This document shows, piece by piece, positions 9,424-18,477 of a DNA stretch of 62,789 bases. The position numbers and the translations under genes were made by a program. Below the pieces are notes generated by a model. That model worked only from the letters and a program-made list of their open reading frames with translations. It was not told the DNA's origin and searched no databases. How positions within the stretch are numbered: the first letter of the stretch is position 1; every line of letters begins with the position of its first letter. The stretch comes from Desulfurivibrionaceae bacterium (GTDB lineage Bacteria > Desulfobacterota > Desulfobulbia > Desulfobulbales > JAGXFP01), in the NCBI GenBank assembly GCA_046484585.1, contig JAWOIQ010000025.1:1-62789 (forward strand), in the 5' to 3' direction.

Positions 9424-9933
9424 TCAGAAGCACAAACCGCAATCGGGACACTCGGTCCCCCCCGAAAAACCATGTCCGCAGGCCGGGCAGGTGTTTTCGG
9501 CGGAGAGTGGATCGAAAACCGATTCCGTCGAGCCGGCCACGGTATCGATAACCGCGGTGCGGCGGATCTCGGCCTCAATGATCATTACGGCGTCACGGGC
9601 CTCCTCTCGTCTGACCACCAGATTGCAATTGCCGCCGCAACACCCTTTGCCGCAGGAACTTTCATCGCCGGTCAGCATCGAGCTGATCCTCTCCTTGGCC
9701 AGTAATTGTTCATAACCCTTCATTTCGGCAAGAGGTCCACTGCGAACCGCGACCAGCTCGTCATCGGCAGTAAGCTCGCCCCCGCGTTCCATGATTTTCC
9801 GCTGCTGTTTCTCCTTTTCGGCAAGCATTTGACTACCCGCTATCAAGTCAACCTCACAGCTTGGGCATATTTCAATTTCCGGACGGTACTCATCCCTGCA
9901 ACGGGGGCAATATTTAAGCTCCGGGTCATACAT
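9424..9933 (-). CDS. hypothetical protein with N- and C-terminal zinc ribbons and a central Cys cluster
   Basis: CPRC...CPSC at the N-terminus, CPAC...CPDC at the C-terminus, and SSCGKGCCGGNC in the centre. Confidence 0.6.
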   Translation of the reverse strand: MYDPELKYCPRCRDEYRPEIEICPSCEVDLIAGSQMLAEKEKQQRKIMERGGELTADDELVAVRSGPLAEMKGYEQLLAKERISSMLTGDESSCGKGCCGGNCNLVVRREEARDAVMIIEAEIRRTAVIDTVAGSTESVFDPLSAENTCPACGHGFSGGTECPDCGLCF

Positions 9934-9949
9934 TATTCATCCTCGCAAA

Positions 9950-11326
9950 TTACAGAATAAAACGGCTCAAATCCTCATCCTGAGAGATATCGGTCAGTTG
10001 CTCTTTCACGTAAGCGGCGGTCACCACAAAACGCGGCTCGGTCATCTCCGGGGCCTTGAAAGAAAGTTCTTCCAGGACCCTTTCCAGGACGGTGTGCAGG
10101 CGGCGGGCTCCAATGTTTTCAGTCCGGCTGTTAACTTCGGCGGCAATCTCGGCAATTTCATGAATGGCCTGATCCTCGAAAACCAGTTCAACCCCCTCGG
10201 TTTCCATCAAGGCGATATACTGCCTGATCAAAGCATTTTCGGGTTCGGTAAGAATCCGGTAAAATTCCTCTTTGCCGAGGGGGTGCAATTCGACCCTGAT
10301 CGGAAACCTCCCCTGCAATTCCGGAACCAGATCAGAGGGCTTGGCGAGGTGAAAAGCGCCGCTGGCGATGAACAGAATGTGATCGGTCCGGACCATGCCA
10401 TGTTTGGTGGTGACCGTCGAGCCTTCCACAATCGGCAGCAGGTCGCGCTGAACCCCTTCCCGGGAAACTTCGCCGCTTTGCGAGCCGCCCTGACGGGAGG
10501 CGATCTTATCGATCTCGTCGATAAACACTATACCTGACTGTTCGGTTCGGCGGACGGCAAGGTCGCTAACCTTCTCCATATCGACGAGCTTGGCTGACTC
10601 TTCGGAGGTCAACAGAGCCATGGCCTCGGCCACCTTGACTTTGCGGGGCTCTTTTTTCGGGGGGAATATTTTGCCGAACATCTCCTTTACTCCCATGCCC
10701 ATATCGTCCATGCCCGGTCCTCCGGAAAGCATCTCGATCATGGGCATCTGCTGGGACTGCTCGAAGTCCATTTCGACAATTCGCTCATCGAGCTTACCCT
10801 CACGAAGCATCCGCCTGAATTTCTCCCTGGTCGTGTCAAGCCTGGAGACCGCGTCGTCATCCTCGGGAAAACCGGGAGTGGTGGCGTAAGCTGGTTTGTC
10901 CGTGAGCGGCACCAGGACATCGAGCAGGCGCTCTTCAGCCAGCTCGGCGGCCCGGGCCGTTACCTTTTCCCTCTCCTCGTCGTTAACTATCTTGACGGCC
11001 AGATCGGTGAGGTCCCGGATCATCGATTCCACATCCCGCCCGACATAGCCGACCTCGGTAAACTTAGAGGCCTCGACCTTGATAAACGGAGACTGGGCCA
11101 ATTTGGCCAGACGCCGGGCAATCTCGGTTTTACCCACCCCGGTGGGGCCGATCATAATGATATTTTTCGGGGCGATCTCATCGGCCAAAGGGGGCGGCAC
11201 CTGCTGCCGACGCCAGCGGTTTCGCAAAGCGACGGCGGTAAAACGTTTGGCGCTTGCCTGGCCTATAATATATTTATCAAGTTCCGCGACAATTTCGCGG
11301 GGGGTCAACGAAGCTTTCGATTCCAT
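9950..11326 (-). CDS. hslU: ATP-dependent protease ATPase subunit HslU
   Basis: [15 protein letters not shown] Walker A motif, 458 aa, adjacent to hslV. Confidence 0.95.
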   Translation of the reverse strand: MESKASLTPREIVAELDKYIIGQASAKRFTAVALRNRWRRQQVPPPLADEIAPKNIIMIGPTGVGKTEIARRLAKLAQSPFIKVEASKFTEVGYVGRDVESMIRDLTDLAVKIVNDEEREKVTARAAELAEERLLDVLVPLTDKPAYATTPGFPEDDDAVSRLDTTREKFRRMLREGKLDERIVEMDFEQSQQMPMIEMLSGGPGMDDMGMGVKEMFGKIFPPKKEPRKVKVAEAMALLTSEESAKLVDMEKVSDLAVRRTEQSGIVFIDEIDKIASRQGGSQSGEVSREGVQRDLLPIVEGSTVTTKHGMVRTDHILFIASGAFHLAKPSDLVPELQGRFPIRVELHPLGKEEFYRILTEPENALIRQYIALMETEGVELVFEDQAIHEIAEIAAEVNSRTENIGARRLHTVLERVLEELSFKAPEMTEPRFVVTAAYVKEQLTDISQDEDLSRFIL

Positions 11327-11379
11327 ATTTTTATTTTTCTGAGTTTGGATTTATAGATTGAAAAGTACATCGGCGAGCA

Positions 11380-11922
11380 TCATTTACCGGTGGCCATCTT
11401 TTCGACTATCAGGTTGTCGTTGGTGTAAATGCAGATCGAGGCGGCAATCAACAACGCTTCCCGGCAGATCTCCCCGGCATCGAGGCTGCTGTGGGCGACC
11501 AGGGCTTTGGCCGCCGACTGGGCGTAAGGACCGCCGGAGCCGATCGCCAATATCCCGTCATCCGGTTCGATCACGTCACCCGAACCGCTGATCAACAGGG
11601 AATGGTCTTTATCAACCGCGATCATCATCGCTTCAAGACGGCGTAGCATCTTATCCGTCCGCCACTCCTTGGCGAGCTCGACTGCCGCGCGCATCAGATT
11701 GCCGTTGAATCGTTCCAGTTTCTGCTCAAGCTTGTCAAAAAGAGTAAAGGCATCGGCTGTGGCGCCGGCAAAACCGGTTATGACCTTGTCACCATAAAGC
11801 TTTCGTACTTTTCGGGCCTGATGCTTCATAATCGTGTTGCCCACGGAGACCTGGCCGTCACCGGCCAAGGCCACTTCGTCATTATGACGAACGGCGATTA
11901 TTGTTGTCGATCTTATTTTCAA
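11380..11922 (-). CDS. hslV: ATP-dependent protease subunit HslV (start re-called at TTG 11922)
   Basis: Mature [21 protein letters not shown]-terminus. A GGGAGAG SD lies upstream of the TTG. The longer track ORF extends into a repeat. Confidence 0.85.
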   Translation of the reverse strand: MKIRSTTIIAVRHNDEVALAGDGQVSVGNTIMKHQARKVRKLYGDKVITGFAGATADAFTLFDKLEQKLERFNGNLMRAAVELAKEWRTDKMLRRLEAMMIAVDKDHSLLISGSGDVIEPDDGILAIGSGGPYAQSAAKALVAHSSLDAGEICREALLIAASICIYTNDNLIVEKMATGK

Positions 11923-11948
11923 TTTATTCTCTCCCGGTTTTATTTTTC

Positions 11949-12224
11949 CCTGAATCCGTGAGCGTTCGAGAACGGTGCAGATGCAAGGCGGCAAACGATG
12001 TTGATTATACTAATGGTATATCAACGAGTTGCCAAACACCGCACCCCAAGGGTTCTGTTCAATCCTCCTTTAAGGAGGGCACTTCCTGCGGGGCGCAGAT
12101 GCCGCCGTTATCGGGCGCCCCGCAGGGCGGCGGGATGAATCATGCGACCCAGGGAAAAACGATTATTTTAATGCAATTACAAGTTGATAAAGTTAACCCC
12201 ATACAAAGACGTCACGTATTCAGG
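11949..12224 (+). mobile_element. MITE family B, long reference copy (276 bp)
   Basis: CCTGAATCCGTGA ... TCACGTATTCAGG termini. It has internal hairpins (CTGCGGGGCGC...GCGCCCCGCAG) and aligns along its length with 41634-41853. Confidence 0.8.
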
Positions 12225-13131
12225 TTTTTGCCATGGGATGGGCTCGATCATACACTTCGGTCAGAAAGTCCATGTTCAGGTGCGTGTAGCGCTGGGTGGT
12301 TGACAGACTGGCATGGCCCAGAAGTTCCTGGACCGTTCTGAGATCGGCCCCCATTTCGAGCAGATGGGTGGCAAAGGAATGCCGCAGGACATGCGGGGTT
12401 ACCTTGCCGATTATGCCGGCCCTCAGAGAATAATCGGCCACCAGGCGCTCAATACTGCGCACCGTCAACCGCCCTCCCCTGACATTCAAAAAAACCGCGT
12501 TATTTTCCGGCTGATGCCCGCGTTTGATTCTTGCGGCAAGCAACTGGGCCCGCTGGGGCAGGTAAGCCTGCACAGCCTCCACGGCGGGACGCCCTACCGG
12601 CACGATCCTCTCCTTGTTACCTTTGCCGAGCACTCTAACTGATTCGTTGGCAAAATCAAGTTGCTTCAAATTAAGGGAGGCGAGTTCGGCAACCCGGATA
12701 CCGGTCGAATACAGGAGTTCCAGAATCGCCCGGTCCCTGGCCGCAAAGGTGTCGTTGTCGCCGGGCGTTTCGAGAAGGGCAAAGACCTCGTCAACCGTCA
12801 ACAGCGACGGCATATAGCGGTCCTGCCTGGGCATTGAAATAGCCAAAACCGGATTTGCCGCGACGATCTTTTCGCGAAGCAGAAAGCGGAAAAAAGTCCG
12901 CAGGGCGGACAGCTTCCGGGCAACCGAGGCGCTCTTGTTCCTGTTTTTCAGGGAATAAACGAAAGATCGGATCAGCGGCGTATCGATCAGGCGCGGATCG
13001 TTGACTCCGATAAAATCAACGAACTCGAGAAGATCGCGGCGATAGCTTTCAACCGTATTGGCGGAATAGTTCTTCTCAACCTCCAGCCACCAGGCGAAAC
13101 GGTCAAGGGATGCTGGCATATTTAGCGACAA
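12220..13131 (-). CDS. xerC: tyrosine recombinase XerC/XerD family
   Basis: C-terminal HVLRHSFATHLL...GHASLSTTQRYTH catalytic motifs. xerC-hslV-hslU synteny. Confidence 0.8.
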   Translation of the reverse strand: MSLNMPASLDRFAWWLEVEKNYSANTVESYRRDLLEFVDFIGVNDPRLIDTPLIRSFVYSLKNRNKSASVARKLSALRTFFRFLLREKIVAANPVLAISMPRQDRYMPSLLTVDEVFALLETPGDNDTFAARDRAILELLYSTGIRVAELASLNLKQLDFANESVRVLGKGNKERIVPVGRPAVEAVQAYLPQRAQLLAARIKRGHQPENNAVFLNVRGGRLTVRSIERLVADYSLRAGIIGKVTPHVLRHSFATHLLEMGADLRTVQELLGHASLSTTQRYTHLNMDFLTEVYDRAHPMAKT

Positions 13132-13207
13132 AGAGAAGTTCCTGCTGTAAAATTAGCGGTGTGTTATGGGATCGGAAAAATCACAACCTTAATATATACT
13201 ATGACAC

Positions 13208-13364
13208 ACTCTCGAAAAGTCACGGGATGGCTAAGCAAAAAGTCAAGACTGTCTATAAAGTCATTTCGACCATCGGGCGAAATTTTTATATAGTAGTATG
13301 GGTCAAGGTATAAGTTTTCATATCTGGGTTCGAAATGACAGCTTTTTTTCGACTTTTTGCGAGT
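13208..13364 (+). repeat. repeat family C copy
   Basis: ACTCTCGAAAAGTC ... GACTTTTTGCGAGT inverted termini, with the conserved GGATGGCTAAGCAAAAAGTC module after the left end. Confidence 0.55.
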
Positions 13365-13534
13365 TAATCCATAAATTAAATTACTCAAAATATCTTATTT
13401 TTAAAAGAGATTGCCCATCGGCGGTTATTTTTTTATGATGGCCCTTTTTCGGGTTACAGGGAAGGCAAAAGATGGAACGGATCTGCATCCCCCTTCCCGC
13501 CTCCCCACCACACATCTTCTTAAGGGATAAAGGT

Positions 13535-13780
13535 ATGGCCAAAAAAAATTTCGAGGAATCCCTGGCGAAACTTGAACGGATCACCGAAGAACTGGAAAGC
13601 GGCGATCTAACCCTTGAAGAATCCCTGAAAAAATTCGACGAGGGGGTGAAACTCGCCGAATTCTGCAACCATAAACTGGACGAAGCACAGCAGAAGGTAA
13701 ATATTTTGCTCAAAAAAGACGAAATCTTCCGGGAAAAACCCGTCGAAGATGAATCTCTTCCCGACAAATCCGAATCGTAA
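13535..13780 (+). CDS. xseB: exodeoxyribonuclease VII small subunit
   Basis: [35 protein letters not shown], in classical xseB-ispA-dxs order. Confidence 0.85.
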   Translation: MAKKNFEESLAKLERITEELESGDLTLEESLKKFDEGVKLAEFCNHKLDEAQQKVNILLKKDEIFREKPVEDESLPDKSES

Positions 13781-13788
13781 CAACCTTC

Positions 13789-14685
13789 ATGGATCTGCAA
13801 ACCTATCTGCAAGACAAACGAGGCCTGGTCGAACGGGCGATGGCCGATCTGATACCCGGGAACGGCAACCTGCCCGCCGAGCTGGATCGTCACATCGAAG
13901 CAATGCGCTACAGTCTCTTCGCCGGCGGCAAAAGAGTAAGGCCGATCCTCTGCCTCGCCGCCTGTGAAGCGGTTGGCGGCGCGGTCAGCCATGCCTTGCC
14001 GGCTGCCGTGGCTCTTGAATGCATCCACACCTACTCCCTGATTCACGACGATCTGCCCGCCATGGACGACGATGAGCTCCGGCGCGGCAAGCCGACCAGT
14101 CATATGCTTTACGGCGAGGCCGGGGCGATCCTGGCCGGGGACGGTTTGCTTACCTTGGCCTTTGAGCTGTTGAGCAGCAAACTCCCTGCCGATATCGAGC
14201 CTGCCGATCAGCTCGGGATCATCAACATCATCGCCCGCGCGGCCGGTTCACTGGGAATGGTCGGCGGCCAGGCGATGGATATCGTTTCGGAAGGAAAGGA
14301 GATCGAGGTCGAAACCCTGCGGGAAATACACAGCCGGAAAACCGGGGCGCTGATAAGTGCCGCGGTCCAGAGCGGCGCCGTCATCGGCGGAGCGACCCCG
14401 GAACAGTTTTCGTCCCTGACCACCTACGGCGAAAAGATCGGACTGGCCTTCCAGATTGTCGACGACCTGCTCAACGTCGAAGGAACCGCAGAGCAGTTGG
14501 GCAAAGCCGCGGGCTCCGATGCCGACCGGAACAAAGCAACTTACCCGGCCCTTTACGGTCTCGAACGGACCAGGCAGCTGGCCGAAGAGAGTGTTGCCGA
14601 GGCCTTGGACGCCCTGGCCCATTTTGACGAATATTCGGACCCCCTTCGCCAGCTGGCCTCCTATATTATTAGCCGAAACAAATAG
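13789..14685 (+). CDS. ispA: farnesyl diphosphate synthase (polyprenyl synthetase)
   Basis: Aspartate-rich motifs LIHDDLPAMDDD and FQIVDDLLN. Confidence 0.9.
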   Translation: MDLQTYLQDKRGLVERAMADLIPGNGNLPAELDRHIEAMRYSLFAGGKRVRPILCLAACEAVGGAVSHALPAAVALECIHTYSLIHDDLPAMDDDELRRGKPTSHMLYGEAGAILAGDGLLTLAFELLSSKLPADIEPADQLGIINIIARAAGSLGMVGGQAMDIVSEGKEIEVETLREIHSRKTGALISAAVQSGAVIGGATPEQFSSLTTYGEKIGLAFQIVDDLLNVEGTAEQLGKAAGSDADRNKATYPALYGLERTRQLAEESVAEALDALAHFDEYSDPLRQLASYIISRNK

Positions 14686-14785
14686 AAGTGACTATAATTA
14701 CAAAGTATGTTGAGCCTTTACCGCATGGTCAGTTATGAATGACGTCCCCTTAATCTCTATTGGCAGTCAACTCCAGCATCTAATT

Positions 14786-16675
14786 ATGACTGAAAAAAAT
14801 TCAATTCTTGACTCAATAAATTCCCCCCGGGATCTTAAAAAGTTAGCGGTTGAGGATTTACCGCTGCTGGCCGCGGATCTACGCCGGGAAATCATCAAAA
14901 CCGTCGCCGCCAACGGCGGGCATCTGGGTCCCTGTCTCGGCGTGGTCGAACTGACCATCGCCCTCCATTACGTGTTCAACACCCCGGACGACAAGCTGAT
15001 CTGGGATGTCGGCCACCAGGCATACGCCCATAAACTGCTGACCGGCCGCAAGGATCAATTCCACACCCTGAGGCAACACCAGGGCATCAGCGGTTTTCCC
15101 AAAAGGGATGAAAGTCCCTATGACGCCTTTGATACCGGCCACAGCAGCACTTCGATTTCCGCGAGCCTCGGCATCGCCCTGGCCAAATCCCTGAAAGGCG
15201 ATGCCAATCGTGCCATTGCCGTGATCGGCGACGGCTCCATGACCGGCGGCATGGCTTTCGAGGCTCTTAATCAGGCCGGTCACCTTGCCAAGGACCTCAT
15301 TGTCATTTTAAACGACAACGAGATGTCCATTTCCCCCAATGTCGGCGCACTGTCAAGCTTTCTAAGCAGGAAGATGACCGGAAAGGCCATGACCCGGCTG
15401 AAAAGAGACACCGAAAATTTCCTGAAATCGTTCGCCAACGTCGGCGAGAATATTTTCAATGTCCTGAAGAGAAGCGAGGAGAGTTTCAAGGCCTTCTTTA
15501 CCCCGGGCATGCTCTTCGAAGCCCTTAAGTTTGAGTATGTGGGACCCATTCAGGGGCACCAGGTTGAAAGTCTGATTGAAACCATGCAAAACGTCAGGGA
15601 TTTCAGCAAGGGTCCGGTCCTGATCCACGTGATTACCACCAAGGGCAAGGGCTATGCTCCGGCCGAGGAGACCCCCGATAAATATCATGGGGTCGGTCCC
15701 TTTGAGATCAACACCGGCAAACCCCTCCCGGCCCCGCCGAACCCCTTATCCTACACCAGGGTTTTCGGCGACACCATTGTCAAGATGGCCGAGAACGACC
15801 CCCGCATCGTCGCCATTACCGCCGCCATGACGGCCGGAACCGGTCTGAGCCGCTTTGCCGAACTTTTCCCCGACCGGTTCTTCGATGTCGGGATAGCAGA
15901 GCAACACGCGGTTACTTTCGCGGCCGGCCTGGCTACCGAAGGCATTCTGCCGGTAGTGGCAATCTATTCGACCTTCCTGCAACGCTCACTTGATCAGATT
16001 ATTCACGATGTATGCCTGCAGAATCTGCCGGTAACTTTTGCGATTGACCGCGGCGGCGTGGTCGGCGATGACGGTCCCACCCACCATGGCGTATTCGATC
16101 TCTCGTTCCTGCGCTTCATTCCCAATCTGATTCTGATGGCGCCCAAGGACGAAAGAGAATTTCAGGACATGCTCTACACGGCGGTCATGTATCCCGGACC
16201 GACGGCGATCCGCTATCCCAGGGGAAAAGGAATCGGCACGGAACTGACCGATTCTTTCGAAAAGTTGACGATGGGCAAAGGCGAGCTGTTGCGGGAAGGA
16301 AGCGATGTCCTGCTGCTGCCGATCGGAAACCGGGTACATCCGGCCCTGGCCGCGGCCGAAGGTTTGCAGAAGCTGGGGGTGGAAGCCGCGGTGATTAATC
16401 CCAGATTTATCACGCCCCTCGACAGTGAGCTGATCTGCGAATGGATCGGAAAAACAGGCGCGGTGGTAACGGTGGAAGACAATGCCCGGAAAGGGGGATT
16501 CGGAAGCGCGGTGCTGGAACTTATGGAGCGGCAGGGCTTAAACAGATCAAGCTCGGTAAAATGTCTCGGCTACCCGAACCATTTCATTGAACACGGACCC
16601 CAGGAAACCCTCTACAAGAATGCCAGAATAGATACTCCGGGAATTATTCAGACCGTCCTCAAACTGATCTCCTGA
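14786..16675 (+). CDS. dxs: 1-deoxy-D-xylulose-5-phosphate synthase
   Basis: [14 protein letters not shown] and [19 protein letters not shown] motifs. The start is taken at [20 protein letters not shown]. Confidence 0.9.
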   Translation: MTEKNSILDSINSPRDLKKLAVEDLPLLAADLRREIIKTVAANGGHLGPCLGVVELTIALHYVFNTPDDKLIWDVGHQAYAHKLLTGRKDQFHTLRQHQGISGFPKRDESPYDAFDTGHSSTSISASLGIALAKSLKGDANRAIAVIGDGSMTGGMAFEALNQAGHLAKDLIVILNDNEMSISPNVGALSSFLSRKMTGKAMTRLKRDTENFLKSFANVGENIFNVLKRSEESFKAFFTPGMLFEALKFEYVGPIQGHQVESLIETMQNVRDFSKGPVLIHVITTKGKGYAPAEETPDKYHGVGPFEINTGKPLPAPPNPLSYTRVFGDTIVKMAENDPRIVAITAAMTAGTGLSRFAELFPDRFFDVGIAEQHAVTFAAGLATEGILPVVAIYSTFLQRSLDQIIHDVCLQNLPVTFAIDRGGVVGDDGPTHHGVFDLSFLRFIPNLILMAPKDEREFQDMLYTAVMYPGPTAIRYPRGKGIGTELTDSFEKLTMGKGELLREGSDVLLLPIGNRVHPALAAAEGLQKLGVEAAVINPRFITPLDSELICEWIGKTGAVVTVEDNARKGGFGSAVLELMERQGLNRSSSVKCLGYPNHFIEHGPQETLYKNARIDTPGIIQTVLKLIS

Positions 16676-16690
16676 CACAAGCACAAAAAA

Positions 16691-16720
16691 ACCGGCAAGT
16701 AGCGTCTGCTACTTACCGGT
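16691..16720. terminator. 13-bp stem hairpin between dxs and skp (ACCGGCAAGTAGC-GTCT-GCTACTTACCGGT)
   Basis: The A-run on the plus side gives a U-tract on the minus-strand transcript. The stem has one mismatch. Confidence 0.5.
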
Positions 16721-16765
16721 TATACGACAGCTCCAAGGTTCAAGCCGCAAGCTTCAAGGTTGCCA

Positions 16766-16930
16766 AAACTCGCAAATAGTCCCAAGATGGCTAAGCAAAA
16801 ATCGTCAGATACAGGGCGCGCGAATTTTGAGGAATGAAGCGTACTTCAGTACGCTGCAATGACGAGACAATTTGCAGCAACGCGGGAGCTACCGATTTAT
16901 GCCCTTGAGGGTGCTTTCTGCGACGCCATC
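16766..16930 (+). repeat. repeat family C copy
   Basis: About 85-90% identical to 23445-23579 over more than 100 nt (GATGGCTAAGCAAAAATCGTCAGAT...GCTGCAATGACGAGACAATTT...TGCGACGCCATC). The right end overlaps the skp stop codon. Confidence 0.7.
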
Positions 16931-17474
16931 ATTTTTCGGTTTTTTCGGCGGCTAGGCGCTTATCAAGTTCACCCGCCAATTCCTTGCTGATATCAAGGGA
17001 TTCATCCTCATAAAGCACACCTTTACTGATATCGAGAATCAACGAGTATCCTTTGCTTTTGCCGTATTCAATAATAATATCTTCAAGTTCCTTCAGAATC
17101 GGCTCAACCTGCTCCTGCTCGAATGTCTTGATATCGTTTGAGGCATATTCGGACTCCTCTTCGAGAGCCTGGGCAAGTCTCCTGAATTCACGTTCCTTCT
17201 TGGTCTTGACGGCCTCACTCCATACCCCGGACTTCTTCTCGATTTCGTCCTTGAGAGCGATGATGGTCTCTTCCTGCTTGCGAAGTTTCTTCTGGTAATC
17301 TTCCAGCTTTTTAGTTACGGAATTTCTTGCCGCCTGGCCGCTTTCGGAGATAGCCAGAATTTTTTGCAGATTCATGGTGCCGATCTTAACCGAATCCTGT
17401 GCCGAAACTGGTTGGGAAGCGAAAAAGGCAAGCGTAAGACCAAGACATAATGAGGCCAACAACTTTTGTGGCAT
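16929..17474 (-). CDS. skp: OmpH/Skp periplasmic chaperone
   Basis: Signal peptide followed by a charged coiled-coil region, 181 aa. Confidence 0.75.
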   Translation of the reverse strand: MPQKLLASLCLGLTLAFFASQPVSAQDSVKIGTMNLQKILAISESGQAARNSVTKKLEDYQKKLRKQEETIIALKDEIEKKSGVWSEAVKTKKEREFRRLAQALEEESEYASNDIKTFEQEQVEPILKELEDIIIEYGKSKGYSLILDISKGVLYEDESLDISKELAGELDKRLAAEKTEK

Positions 17475-17525
17475 AATATTTCTCCTCGTTAATGCTGAAT
17501 ACTTATAAAAATAACCATTTAAAAA

Positions 17526-17552
17526 GCCGGAGCAATCCTGCTTTGCCCCGGC
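17526..17552 (-). terminator. intrinsic terminator after pal
   Basis: On the minus strand, a GCCGGGGCAA...TTGCTCCGGC hairpin is followed by TTTTT. Confidence 0.55.
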
Positions 17553-17595
17553 CCGTGAAAAAAGACTTCAATAGATGATGAAATTGATGATATTT

Positions 17596-18192
17596 TTACT
17601 CTACAACGACGAAATCATCGCGCCTGTTCTGGGACCATGACAATTCATCATGCCCGAAATTAATCGGCCGCTCTTCGCCATAACTGATGGTGGAAAGACG
17701 TGTTTCCGAAATTCCGAGGTTGACCAGATATTTTTTCCCGCTTATCGCCCTTCTCTGCCCCAGAGCCATATTGTATTCGTTGGTTCCCCGCTCATCGCAG
17801 TTGCCCTCTACCTGCACCTTTAATCCCGGATTTTCTTCCATGAACACGGCATTTTTCTCCATGCGGTCAACCTGGTCGCTCTTGATTACCGATTTATCGA
17901 AATCAAAGTAGACAGGAAAGAGGCCGGGGGTAGTCCTGCCCTCCAAGGATGTCTCTTCGGCCTCGGCGATAACCTCTGTATCAAGCGGTTCCGCGCTGCC
18001 TAAACCTTCTTCCTCCACATCCGAGACCATGGGTTCCTCTTCCGCTTCAGGCTCAACCGCCTCCTCAACTCTGGCGACATCGGGCTCTTCCACGGTCGGC
18101 GGGACCGTTTTTTTAGCACAGGCGGACATTGAAACGAAAAATAAGACGATCATGGCTGAAACTACGAAAGAACTCAATTTATTACGATTCAT
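17596..18192 (-). CDS. pal: peptidoglycan-associated lipoprotein (OmpA_C domain) with acidic linker
   Basis: Lipobox VSMSAC. C-terminal OmpA domain (VEGNCDERGTNEYNMALGQRRA). The start at 18192 has an AGGAGA SD. Confidence 0.8.
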   Translation of the reverse strand: MNRNKLSSFVVSAMIVLFFVSMSACAKKTVPPTVEEPDVARVEEAVEPEAEEEPMVSDVEEEGLGSAEPLDTEVIAEAEETSLEGRTTPGLFPVYFDFDKSVIKSDQVDRMEKNAVFMEENPGLKVQVEGNCDERGTNEYNMALGQRRAISGKKYLVNLGISETRLSTISYGEERPINFGHDELSWSQNRRDDFVVVE

Positions 18193-18477
18193 TTTTTCAT
18201 TCTCCTCTTGTAAAATACTGAATATTAAACTGGCGGCAAATATGATAAAATAAATGTAAAGCAACAACTACATTTTTCAGATTTAGTCATTTAAACCAGA
18301 TTCCGTACAGTCTCGATTTTATCAATTTCTAAAGTTAAAGAAATACTGATTAAAATTCAATCTTTTTTTCACCCTGGATACCAGAAAGATGCTTGCCATT
18401 ATCCTTTAAAACTGCTTATTGGAATAGCGTTCTACACATTAACAGGAAGTTATATGAACATATACGGGAAGTAACAA

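Noticed and set aside
11923-11994. N-terminal extension of hslV ([15 protein letters not shown]...), also seen in ORF 9283-9705
   Set aside because: The string is MITE family B read in frame. HslV needs its Thr N-terminus close to the start, and TTG 11922 with an SD fits better.
12220-13131. Tyrosine recombinase as a marker of an integrated mobile element or prophage
   Set aside because: It has the conserved xerC-hslV-hslU housekeeping arrangement and Xer-type motifs. There are no phage genes or att-like tRNA junctions nearby.
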